Assembly (NCBI GenBank): GCA_965224735.1
Contig: OZ245059.1
Span: 2,361-34,360, forward strand
Reading direction: 5' to 3'
From: Robiginitomaculum sp.
GTDB lineage: Bacteria; Pseudomonadota; Alphaproteobacteria; Caulobacterales; Maricaulaceae
Length of the DNA: 32,000 nucleotides
The position numbers were made by a program, and so were the translations under genes. Numbering within the stretch: the stretch's first letter is position 1; every line of letters begins with the position of its first letter. The notes under the pieces are model-generated. The model searched no databases and had not been told where the DNA came from. It saw only the letters and a list, made by a program, of their open reading frames with translations. Shown here in pieces: positions 18,275 to 25,565 of this stretch.

Positions 18275-21200
18275 ATGTATCTGAGGAAATCATTTTTAGC
18301 AGGGCTTGTTATAAATTCTTTCTCTGTTGCTTCGACCGCATTTTCAGCTACACCGCCAATAATACAAATTTCAGGGCAAAGAACAACCACCTATGAAAAT
18401 ACTTATGAAACGATAGCACCGTCATCAACAATAACTATGGAAGATAATTCAGGGCATTCCCAGCCACGCACATGGCATTATGAGTTTGTTGGTGATTTTC
18501 AAATAGTTTCTGTGAACGGGCCAAGAGACGATGTGTTTAATAACACCAAAGTTGAGAGATTTGATGATGGGAAGGTTGAGGTTATAACCAATCCACTTGG
18601 CCATCAAAACCGGTTTAAGTATGATAACACCCGAAATTTAATTTCACATACAGACGCCAACGGCGTCATAGATACATTTTCATATGATGGAAAGCTTCTG
18701 GTTGCTTATACCTATGCCGCAGGTTCCGCTCTTTCAGGCACAACAAGGTTGGCATATAACGCTGATGGCAAAATAACTCAGATTAATTTACCCCAGGATC
18801 AAGTTATTAGAGACACTCTTGATGATGAGGGGAATTACACCGATAGAGCCTATACAATCATTGCTCAGATATTCCAAAAAACCAGCTCACAAGGTTTAAA
18901 CAGGCTTTTCAAAAGGAAGGTGGGAGATGGTGGTCGAAACTTACCGCGTGAATTAACCCCATCACACGCAGCGAGTTCTCAAGAAGTAGATAGTCAGGGA
19001 AGATTAATTAAAAGTTATGATTTTTTGGGCGGCATTACAGAATACCGCTATAATGAGTTCGGAAATTTATCAGAAATGAAGCCGGCAGGAGGGGCGGTCA
19101 CACGATTTGAGTATAATGGATTTAATGAGATAGTTCGCAAAAAAAGTACCGATCGGGGTGTAACAACATTTGAGTATGACCAAGCGGGAAACAAAACCAA
19201 GGAAGTTCGTGCAGGGGGTTTCATCATAAAGAGAAAGTATGATGCTTTAAACCGATTGACGAGAAAAGTGTTCAAGCAAAACGGAGTGGATAAAAAAGTT
19301 ACCCGATATGTCTATGATAAGTGTAAAAATGGGATTGGCCGTGTTTGCAAAATTTCGGATTTCAGTGGGGTCACTAAGTTTCGTTATAATCTATTAGGGC
19401 ATTATAAGGCGGTGTCTGTAAAATATGCTGGTGAGGCTAATTTTAACACGGTCCGGTATTTTTATGGCGATGCTGGGCGTCTTGATAAGGTGCGTTATCC
19501 AACAGGGCTAATTGTTAGATACAGGTATTCAGATGCTGGATTTGTTAAAAAAATTACGGGCAGGTACGATACTGGTGAGGATAGGCAAAGGTTTGTTATA
19601 GCCAAAAACATTGAATTTGATCCTTTGTCAGGACAATTAACAAAATTTGTTTATGGCAACGCAATCAAGACAAGGGTTAAGCTTAATAAGGAAGCTGATA
19701 TATCAAAATTGATTGTTCGTAAGGACGGGGTAGTTATGGATAGATCAACTTACAACTATGATAAAAACGGCAATATAACCCACATTAATCGCCTTGACCC
19801 TGAACAAAGCCAAAACTTTTCTTATGATGCTCTTGGCAGATTAGTGGGTGAACAGCGCGGTATAAACAGCCAACAATCAACGTCTGTGTCCTATAGTTAT
19901 GATGCGAGGGGAAATCGTATTCGCAAAACTGATCTGAAAAAAACCAAAACCTATACTTACTCACCAAAAACAAACAGATTAACCCAAATCAACAAACAGG
20001 CTTTGCTCTATGACGCAAGGGGTAATTTGCTTGAGGACCGAGGTGGTAAGCGTGCTTTTTCATACGATGTGACGGGCCGTATGACGGGGTATTATAAGCG
20101 CGGAAAGCTAAAGGCCCGTTATAGCTATAATGCTTTGGGTCAACGCGTTTCAAAAACCATTCACCGCCCTGCAAAGAAAAATGACACCTATAAAAGTCTT
20201 CATTTTTCATACACCCCACGCGGAAAGCTTTTATCTGAATTTGGCCAAAACAGCCGTAATGCACGAACATTTACCAGGGAATATGTCTGGCTTGGCAACA
20301 AGCCTTTAGCGCAAATTGAAAGAACCATTAATAAGAAAGGCAAAACCAAAAAAACCAACATATATTATCTGCATTCAGACCATCTCAATACCCCTCGCTC
20401 TGCTAGCAATCAAAATGGAGAAATTGTTTGGCAATGGAATAGTGATGCTTTTGGCGTAGGAAAAGCCAACCGTGATGTCAATAATAACGGTAAGAAAGTT
20501 GCCATACGTCTACGTTTTCCTGGTCAATATTATGACGTAGAAAGCGGCCTGTCATACAATCACCACCGGGATTATGATCCAAAGATCGGCCGCTATATTC
20601 AACCTGATCCCATTGGGCTGGGCGGCGATGTAAATCCTTATGCCTATGTGGGTAGTAACCCTTTGAGTTACAGTGACCCTAATGGACTAAAGACATGCAC
20701 AGGCAGTAGAATTCAACGCTCAGACAGTTACAACTGCGGCGGTATGAGTAACGTTGAGTGTTTTGGCAATTGCAGCGGTTTTGGTGGACTAGCAAGAACA
20801 ACGAGGGGTTTTTGTGACGAGGGTGGCTGTACCGTAGAGGGCACGAGAAGTACGAATACTCCTGGGCATACATATTTAACATCAAATGTCGTATGCCGCA
20901 ATGCAGGCCTGGTATCCAATGCACAGCAAAAAAACCTTATGGCATGGTTTACCGTACCAAAGTTTTTTCCTTATATTGTCGACGTGCGAACTGGCACAGC
21001 AGAGACAGAGTACTTTGTATCCCATCCTGATACTGGGGTGCCAGGGGGTTTTGTAACCTCAGAATTAACACCTGATGGACTGTCGGGCACAAATGAAACT
21101 GTTCTAGGCAAGCATATATTCCAAGGGACGGTAACCCGTACATTGACAACAGTGAATGGGCAGCTTGTAATTGCTACATTCGGGACTGGAACATCAGATT

Positions 21201-21304
21201 CTGAAACGATGGATGCCTTGAACACTTGGTTAGGGCCTGGTATATTTAATGCATTAGACAAACACGCCGCCGACCGTCTAAGACGAACTTTTTCAGGATG
21301 TTAA
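18275..21304 (+). CDS. RHS/YD-repeat polymorphic toxin with Sec-type signal peptide and unassigned Cys-rich C-terminal domain
   Basis: YD repeats run throughout (FKYDNTRNLISHTDANG, FSYDALGRLV, YSYDARGNRI, LLYDARGNLL, FSYDVTGRMT, YSYNALGQRV). RHS core: YYLHSDHLNTPRSASNQNGEIVWQWNSDAFG...RFPGQYYDVESGLSYNHHRDYDPKIGRYIQPDPIGLGG. PxxxxDPxGL motif PLSYSDPNGL has its DPNGL at nt 20675-20689. The N-terminus MYLRKSFLAGLVINSFSVASTAFSA is signal-peptide-like. Confidence 0.9.
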   Translation: MYLRKSFLAGLVINSFSVASTAFSATPPIIQISGQRTTTYENTYETIAPSSTITMEDNSGHSQPRTWHYEFVGDFQIVSVNGPRDDVFNNTKVERFDDGKVEVITNPLGHQNRFKYDNTRNLISHTDANGVIDTFSYDGKLLVAYTYAAGSALSGTTRLAYNADGKITQINLPQDQVIRDTLDDEGNYTDRAYTIIAQIFQKTSSQGLNRLFKRKVGDGGRNLPRELTPSHAASSQEVDSQGRLIKSYDFLGGITEYRYNEFGNLSEMKPAGGAVTRFEYNGFNEIVRKKSTDRGVTTFEYDQAGNKTKEVRAGGFIIKRKYDALNRLTRKVFKQNGVDKKVTRYVYDKCKNGIGRVCKISDFSGVTKFRYNLLGHYKAVSVKYAGEANFNTVRYFYGDAGRLDKVRYPTGLIVRYRYSDAGFVKKITGRYDTGEDRQRFVIAKNIEFDPLSGQLTKFVYGNAIKTRVKLNKEADISKLIVRKDGVVMDRSTYNYDKNGNITHINRLDPEQSQNFSYDALGRLVGEQRGINSQQSTSVSYSYDARGNRIRKTDLKKTKTYTYSPKTNRLTQINKQALLYDARGNLLEDRGGKRAFSYDVTGRMTGYYKRGKLKARYSYNALGQRVSKTIHRPAKKNDTYKSLHFSYTPRGKLLSEFGQNSRNARTFTREYVWLGNKPLAQIERTINKKGKTKKTNIYYLHSDHLNTPRSASNQNGEIVWQWNSDAFGVGKANRDVNNNGKKVAIRLRFPGQYYDVESGLSYNHHRDYDPKIGRYIQPDPIGLGGDVNPYAYVGSNPLSYSDPNGLKTCTGSRIQRSDSYNCGGMSNVECFGNCSGFGGLARTTRGFCDEGGCTVEGTRSTNTPGHTYLTSNVVCRNAGLVSNAQQKNLMAWFTVPKFFPYIVDVRTGTAETEYFVSHPDTGVPGGFVTSELTPDGLSGTNETVLGKHIFQGTVTRTLTTVNGQLVIATFGTGTSDSETMDALNTWLGPGIFNALDKHAADRLRRTFSGC
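20074..20816 (+). repeat. 743-bp direct repeat, copy A (inside main rhs)
   Basis: Line-by-line comparison with 22384-23126 (offset 2310) shows no mismatch. The first differences are at 20817-20818 versus 23127-23128. Confidence 0.9.
20690..21301 (+). other. C-terminal (post-DPNGL) putative toxin domain of the main RHS, 204 aa, no recognised family
   Basis: It lies after the autoproteolysis-type motif. It has 8 Cys, 6 of them in the first ~47 aa, and the final residue is Cys. Two further variant copies lie downstream. Confidence 0.6.
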
Positions 21305-21305
21305 T

Positions 21306-21782
21306 ATGATGAAAACTAAAATAATTTCTATACAGTATTTGATATTTATTTTACCTGTTATGCTTTTGGCTGGTTGTGGTTATGGCACGGCTCTTAAGTA
21401 TAAACTCGAAGCGCCTGTCAACTATAGGTTAAAAATAACTGCCGATACTTCGCAACAAGCGGAACTTGATCTTAGACAGGCATTTATGCAGGAAAACTTA
21501 CAACTTGTTCGATATCGCCCCTACGATGATATAGATAGAAGTTATTATATATTTCACAGCAGTAGCAATATACATGTCAAATTACTTAATAGTCGGGGCC
21601 ATAAAAGTGCCATTGTTGCAATATATCCCGCCCGGCTCGCCTCTGTTTCATCCAAACTAAGAGCGCAATTGGAACAACGCGAAGAGGCACTCCTGCGTAT
21701 AGAGAAACAGCTAAAACAAACCGATAGTTTCTCCAAATATATACCCTCAGAGTGGGAAAGGGAATACAATATTTATAAGTGA
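21306..21782 (+). CDS. Putative immunity lipoprotein I1 (cognate to main CT)
   Basis: The ATG lies 1 nt after the toxin stop (TGT TAA T ATG), with AGGA 8 nt upstream. Lipobox LLAGC. It is a member of a 5-copy paralog family in this locus. Confidence 0.7.
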   Translation: MMKTKIISIQYLIFILPVMLLAGCGYGTALKYKLEAPVNYRLKITADTSQQAELDLRQAFMQENLQLVRYRPYDDIDRSYYIFHSSSNIHVKLLNSRGHKSAIVAIYPARLASVSSKLRAQLEQREEALLRIEKQLKQTDSFSKYIPSEWEREYNIYK

Positions 21783-21797
21783 AAATTGGTGAGGGCC
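21779..21797 (+). repeat. Cassette junction motif J1
   Basis: GTGAAAATTGGTgAGGGCC, spanning the immunity stop codon and the start of the next cassette. Confidence 0.85.
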
Positions 21798-21864
21798 TGG
21801 CATATTTAATGCATTAGACAAACACGCCGCAGACCGTCTAAGACGAGTTTTCTCAGGATGTTAA
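21793..21864 (+). pseudogene. Toxin-tail stub R1 (last 23 codons plus stop of an rhs CT)
   Basis: GPGIFNALDKHAADRLRRVFSGC* is homologous to 21233-21304. An in-frame TGA precedes it, and there is no start codon. Confidence 0.85.
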
Positions 21865-21865
21865 T

Positions 21866-22363
21866 ATGATAAAAACAATTGTCCGCCTAAAATATTTGGT
21901 CTTTATGTTACCGTTCGCGCTTATGGCTGGATGCGGTTATGATACAGCACTTAAGTACAAAACCAAAGGATCTACCAGCTATAGGTTAAAAATAACTGCC
22001 GAGACCCCGCAACAAGCGGAACTTGATCTTAGACAGGCATTTCTGCAGGAAAACTTACAACTTGTTCGCCATCACCTCTACAATGATATAGATAGAAGTT
22101 ATGCTATCTTTCACAGCAGTAGCTATATATATGTCAAATTACGTAATAGTGAAGGTTTTAGAAGAGCCATTGTTGCAATATATCCCGCCCGGCTCGCCTC
22201 TGTTTCATCCAAACGAAGAGCGCAATTGGAACAACGCGAAGAGGCACTTCTGCGTATAGAGAAACAGCTGAAACAAACCGATAGTTTCTCCAAATATATA
22301 CCCTCAGAATGGGAAAGAGACTACATGCACACCCTCAGAACGGGAAAGCCGCCGCTACAATAA
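21866..22363 (+). CDS. Putative immunity lipoprotein I2 (no full-length toxin partner)
   Basis: Lipobox LMAGC. Paralog of I1. The C-terminus is altered by a 31-bp imperfect duplication (…WERDYMHTLRTGKPPLQ*). Confidence 0.65.
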   Translation: MIKTIVRLKYLVFMLPFALMAGCGYDTALKYKTKGSTSYRLKITAETPQQAELDLRQAFLQENLQLVRHHLYNDIDRSYAIFHSSSYIYVKLRNSEGFRRAIVAIYPARLASVSSKRRAQLEQREEALLRIEKQLKQTDSFSKYIPSEWERDYMHTLRTGKPPLQ

Positions 22364-22369
22364 GTATAA

Positions 22370-22388
22370 GTGAAAATTGGTTAGGGCC
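22370..22388 (+). repeat. Cassette junction motif J2
   Basis: GTGAAAATTGGTTAGGGCC, joined to rhs sequence at GGGCC|GTATGACGGGG. Confidence 0.85.
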
Positions 22389-23126
22389 GTATGACGGGGT
22401 ATTATAAGCGCGGAAAGCTAAAGGCCCGTTATAGCTATAATGCTTTGGGTCAACGCGTTTCAAAAACCATTCACCGCCCTGCAAAGAAAAATGACACCTA
22501 TAAAAGTCTTCATTTTTCATACACCCCACGCGGAAAGCTTTTATCTGAATTTGGCCAAAACAGCCGTAATGCACGAACATTTACCAGGGAATATGTCTGG
22601 CTTGGCAACAAGCCTTTAGCGCAAATTGAAAGAACCATTAATAAGAAAGGCAAAACCAAAAAAACCAACATATATTATCTGCATTCAGACCATCTCAATA
22701 CCCCTCGCTCTGCTAGCAATCAAAATGGAGAAATTGTTTGGCAATGGAATAGTGATGCTTTTGGCGTAGGAAAAGCCAACCGTGATGTCAATAATAACGG
22801 TAAGAAAGTTGCCATACGTCTACGTTTTCCTGGTCAATATTATGACGTAGAAAGCGGCCTGTCATACAATCACCACCGGGATTATGATCCAAAGATCGGC
22901 CGCTATATTCAACCTGATCCCATTGGGCTGGGCGGCGATGTAAATCCTTATGCCTATGTGGGTAGTAACCCTTTGAGTTACAGTGACCCTAATGGACTAA
23001 AGACATGCACAGGCAGTAGAATTCAACGCTCAGACAGTTACAACTGCGGCGGTATGAGTAACGTTGAGTGTTTTGGCAATTGCAGCGGTTTTGGTGGACT
23101 AGCAAGAACAACGAGGGGTTTTTGTG
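22384..23126 (+). repeat. 743-bp direct repeat, copy B (5' part of orphan 1)
   Basis: Identical to 20074-20816. Confidence 0.9.
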
Positions 23127-23629
23127 GTGAGGGTGGCTGTACCGTAGAGGGCACGAGACAACGTACGCCTCCTTCTGCTCCTGGACATATATATTCAACA
23201 TCAAATGTCGTATGCCGCAATGCAGGCCTGGTATCCAATGCACAGCAAAAAAACCTTATGGCATGGTTTACCGTACCAAAGTTTTTTCCTTATATTGTGG
23301 ACGTGCGAACTGGCACAGCTGGTGAAACAAGATATTTTGTAACGCACCCTGATACAGGCGTCCCAGGTGGTTATGTAACTTCAGAACTTTTTTCTGGCGG
23401 GCTGACAGGAAGAAATACAACTGTTGATAATTTGCATTTTTTTGCTGGCACTATCACACGTACACTGACAACAGTGAATGGGCAGCTTGTAATTTCTACG
23501 CTCGGTGTTGGAACATCAGATTTTGTGACGATAGATGCCATAAATAGTTTATTAGGCCCAGGTGTCTTTAATGCACTAGATCGGCATGCTGCCGACCGTC
23601 TAAGAAGGGCTTTCCCCGGATGCCAATAA
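22391..23629 (+). CDS. Orphan rhs C-terminal cassette 1 (last YD repeats, RHS core and a variant CT)
   Basis: 412-aa ORF that starts at an internal Met of the rhs frame (MTGYYKRGKLKARYSYNALGQRV...). It includes DPNGL (22985-22999) and a CT that diverges from the main CT mainly in its last ~100 aa. There is no N-terminal signal or shell. Confidence 0.85.
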   Translation: MTGYYKRGKLKARYSYNALGQRVSKTIHRPAKKNDTYKSLHFSYTPRGKLLSEFGQNSRNARTFTREYVWLGNKPLAQIERTINKKGKTKKTNIYYLHSDHLNTPRSASNQNGEIVWQWNSDAFGVGKANRDVNNNGKKVAIRLRFPGQYYDVESGLSYNHHRDYDPKIGRYIQPDPIGLGGDVNPYAYVGSNPLSYSDPNGLKTCTGSRIQRSDSYNCGGMSNVECFGNCSGFGGLARTTRGFCGEGGCTVEGTRQRTPPSAPGHIYSTSNVVCRNAGLVSNAQQKNLMAWFTVPKFFPYIVDVRTGTAGETRYFVTHPDTGVPGGYVTSELFSGGLTGRNTTVDNLHFFAGTITRTLTTVNGQLVISTLGVGTSDFVTIDAINSLLGPGVFNALDRHAADRLRRAFPGCQ

Positions 23630-24090
23630 TAAATAAAATGCTTGCTCTACGGAACTTTGCCTTCATGCTAACCTTTGTGTGTATTTCTGGATGCGGGTAT
23701 GATGTGGTCTTACAGTACAAAGCGAAAGCATCTGTAGGGTATAGATTGACAATCACCTCAGATACACCTCAACAGGCATCATCCTTTGTTAAACAAACAT
23801 TTTTGTCGGAAGACTTGGAACCCGTCCATCATATTGAATTTGATACAGTCGAAAGGTCTTATATCTATCACAATAGTAGTATGATAATGATCACATTAAA
23901 TCTCGATTTTAAAACAGCAAATATTGCAATATATCCTGCCCGGCTTAACTCTGTTTCATCCAAGCGAAGAGCACAATTGAAACAACGTGAAGAAGCAATA
24001 TTACGTATAAAGCAAGTGCTGGAGAAGTCCGATAGTTTCACCAAATATATACCCTCAGAGTGGGAAAGAGAATACAATATTTATAAGTGA
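23620..24090 (+). CDS. Putative immunity lipoprotein I3 (cognate to orphan 1; most divergent paralog)
   Basis: Lipobox CISGC. Conserved family blocks IYPARLNSVSSKRRAQLKQREEAILRI and DSFTKYIPSEWEREY. An alternative start at 23638 (MLALRNF...) would avoid overlapping the toxin stop. Confidence 0.7.
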   Translation: MPIINKMLALRNFAFMLTFVCISGCGYDVVLQYKAKASVGYRLTITSDTPQQASSFVKQTFLSEDLEPVHHIEFDTVERSYIYHNSSMIMITLNLDFKTANIAIYPARLNSVSSKRRAQLKQREEAILRIKQVLEKSDSFTKYIPSEWEREYNIYK

Positions 24091-24105
24091 AAATTGGTTA
24101 GGGCC
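24087..24105 (+). repeat. Cassette junction motif J3
   Basis: GTGAAAATTGGTTAGGGCC, joined to rhs sequence at GGCCTGGTAT|CCAATGC. Confidence 0.85.
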
Positions 24106-24503
24106 TGGTATCCAATGCACAGCAAAAAAACCTTATGGCATGGTTTACCGTACCAAAGTTTTTTCCTTATATTGTCGACGTGCGAACTGGCAGACAAGGT
24201 TTTACAGAGTACTTTGTATCCCATCCTGATACTGGGGTGCCAGGGGGGTTTGTAACCTCAGAATTAACGCTTGATGGACTGTCGGGCATAAATAAAACTG
24301 TTCCAGGCCGGCATATATTCGCAGGGGAGGTAACCCGTACACTGACAACAGTGAATGGGCAGCTTGTAATTGCTACATTCGGGACTGGAACATCAGATTC
24401 TGAAACAATGGATGTCTTGAACACTTGGTTAGGGCCTGGTATATTTAATGCATTAGACAAACACGCCGCCGACCGCCTAAAACGAGTTTTTTCAGGATGT
24501 TAA
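24102..24503 (+). pseudogene. Orphan rhs CT fragment 2 (last ~130 codons only; ORF from the ATG at 24135)
   Basis: Homologous to 20906-21304 of the main gene: (GLVSNAQQKNL)MAWFTVPKFFPYIVDVRTG...FSGC*. It has no RHS core or DPxGL, and a TAG lies just upstream in frame. Confidence 0.8.
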
Positions 24504-24504
24504 T

Positions 24505-24978
24505 ATGATAAAAAACTATATAACTCAATCGCGGTATTGTACCCTTATTGTGGCCTTCTTTCTGGTAGGATGCGGTTATGATACAATACTTAGGTACAAA
24601 AACGAAGTGCCTGTCAACTATAGGTTAAAAATAACTGCCGATACCCCGCAACAAGCGGAATTTGATCTTAGGCAGGCATTTCTGCAGGAAAACTTACAAC
24701 TCGTTCGCAATCACCTCTACAATGATATAGATAGAAGTTATTCTATCTTTCACAGCAGTAGCCATATATATGTTCAATTACGTAATAGTGAAGGTTTTAG
24801 AAGGCTTCTTGTTGGGGTATATCCTGCCCGGCTCACCTCTGTTTCATCCAAACTAAGAGCGCAATTGAAACAACGCGAAGAGGCAGTCCTGCGTATAGAA
24901 GAAAAACTAAAACAAACCGATAGTTTCACCAAATATATACCCTCAGAGTGGGAAAGAGAATACAATAAGTATAAGTGA
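24505..24978 (+). CDS. Putative immunity lipoprotein I4 (I1-type)
   Basis: Same TGT TAA T ATG coupling as I1. Lipobox FLVGC. Family blocks are conserved. Confidence 0.7.
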   Translation: MIKNYITQSRYCTLIVAFFLVGCGYDTILRYKNEVPVNYRLKITADTPQQAEFDLRQAFLQENLQLVRNHLYNDIDRSYSIFHSSSHIYVQLRNSEGFRRLLVGVYPARLTSVSSKLRAQLKQREEAVLRIEEKLKQTDSFTKYIPSEWEREYNKYK

Positions 24979-24993
24979 AAATTGGTTAGGGCC
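24975..24993 (+). repeat. Cassette junction motif J4
   Basis: GTGAAAATTGGTTAGGGCC, followed by TGGTATATTTAATGC (toxin tail). Confidence 0.85.
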
Positions 24994-25060
24994 TGGTATA
25001 TTTAATGCATTAGACAAACACGCTGCTGACCGTCTAAGACGAGTTTTCTCAGGATGTTAA
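24989..25060 (+). pseudogene. Toxin-tail stub R2
   Basis: GPGIFNALDKHAADRLRRVFSGC*, 72 nt, homologous to 21233-21304. Confidence 0.85.
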
Positions 25061-25061
25061 T

Positions 25062-25559
25062 ATGATAAAAACAATTGTCCGCCTAAAATATTTGGTCTTT
25101 ATTTTACCTGTTATGCTTTTGACTGGATGCGGTTATGATACAGCACTTAAGTACAAAACCAAAGGATCTACCAGCTATAGGTTAAAAATAACTGCCGATA
25201 CCCCGCAACAAGCGGAATTTGATCTTAGGCAGGCATTTCTGCAGGAAAACTTACAACTCGTTCGCCATCACCTCTACGATGATATAGATAGAAGTTATGC
25301 TATCTTTCACAGCAGTAGCTATATATATGTTCAATTACTTAATAGTGAAGGTTTTAGAAGTGCCATTGTTGCAATATACCCTGCCCGGCTCGCCTCTGTT
25401 TCATCCAAACTAAGAGCGCAATTGGAACAACGCGAAGAGGCACTCCTGCGTATAGAGAAACAGCTAAAACAAACCGATAGTTTCTCCAAATATATACCCT
25501 CAGAGTGGGAAAGAGACTACATGCACACCCTCAGAACGGGAAAGCCGCCGCTACAATAA
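25062..25559 (+). CDS. Putative immunity lipoprotein I5 (I2-type, mosaic)
   Basis: Lipobox LLTGC. It has the same derived C-terminus as I2. The signal-peptide segment ILPVMLL matches I1 rather than I2. Confidence 0.65.
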   Translation: MIKTIVRLKYLVFILPVMLLTGCGYDTALKYKTKGSTSYRLKITADTPQQAEFDLRQAFLQENLQLVRHHLYDDIDRSYAIFHSSSYIYVQLLNSEGFRSAIVAIYPARLASVSSKLRAQLEQREEALLRIEKQLKQTDSFSKYIPSEWERDYMHTLRTGKPPLQ

Positions 25560-25565
25560 GTATAA

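Noticed and set aside
19989-20270. Antisense ORF MFVHYGCFGQIQIKAF... that recurs at 22335-22580 (also 20679-20924 / 22989-23243)
   Set aside because: Its apparent conservation in two copies is a by-product of lying inside the 743-bp perfect repeat and the adjacent duplicated CT region. The sense strand encodes obvious RHS sequence.
21233-21304. Conserved 72-bp toxin tail upstream of every immunity gene acting as an internal promoter
   Set aside because: I found only weak -35/-10 matches (TAGACA ... TAAGAC-like). Retention is at least partly explained because the tail carries the immunity RBS (AGGA 8 nt before the ATG) and the recombination junction. The promoter idea is unsupported without TSS data.
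21306-21782. Possibility that the small downstream proteins are cytoplasmic Rhs chaperones/adaptors (EagR/DUF1795-like) rather than immunity proteins
   Set aside because: All five have a signal peptide with a lipobox, so they should be exported. Their position directly after each toxin stop and their co-variation with the toxin tips fit immunity better. This remains unproven.
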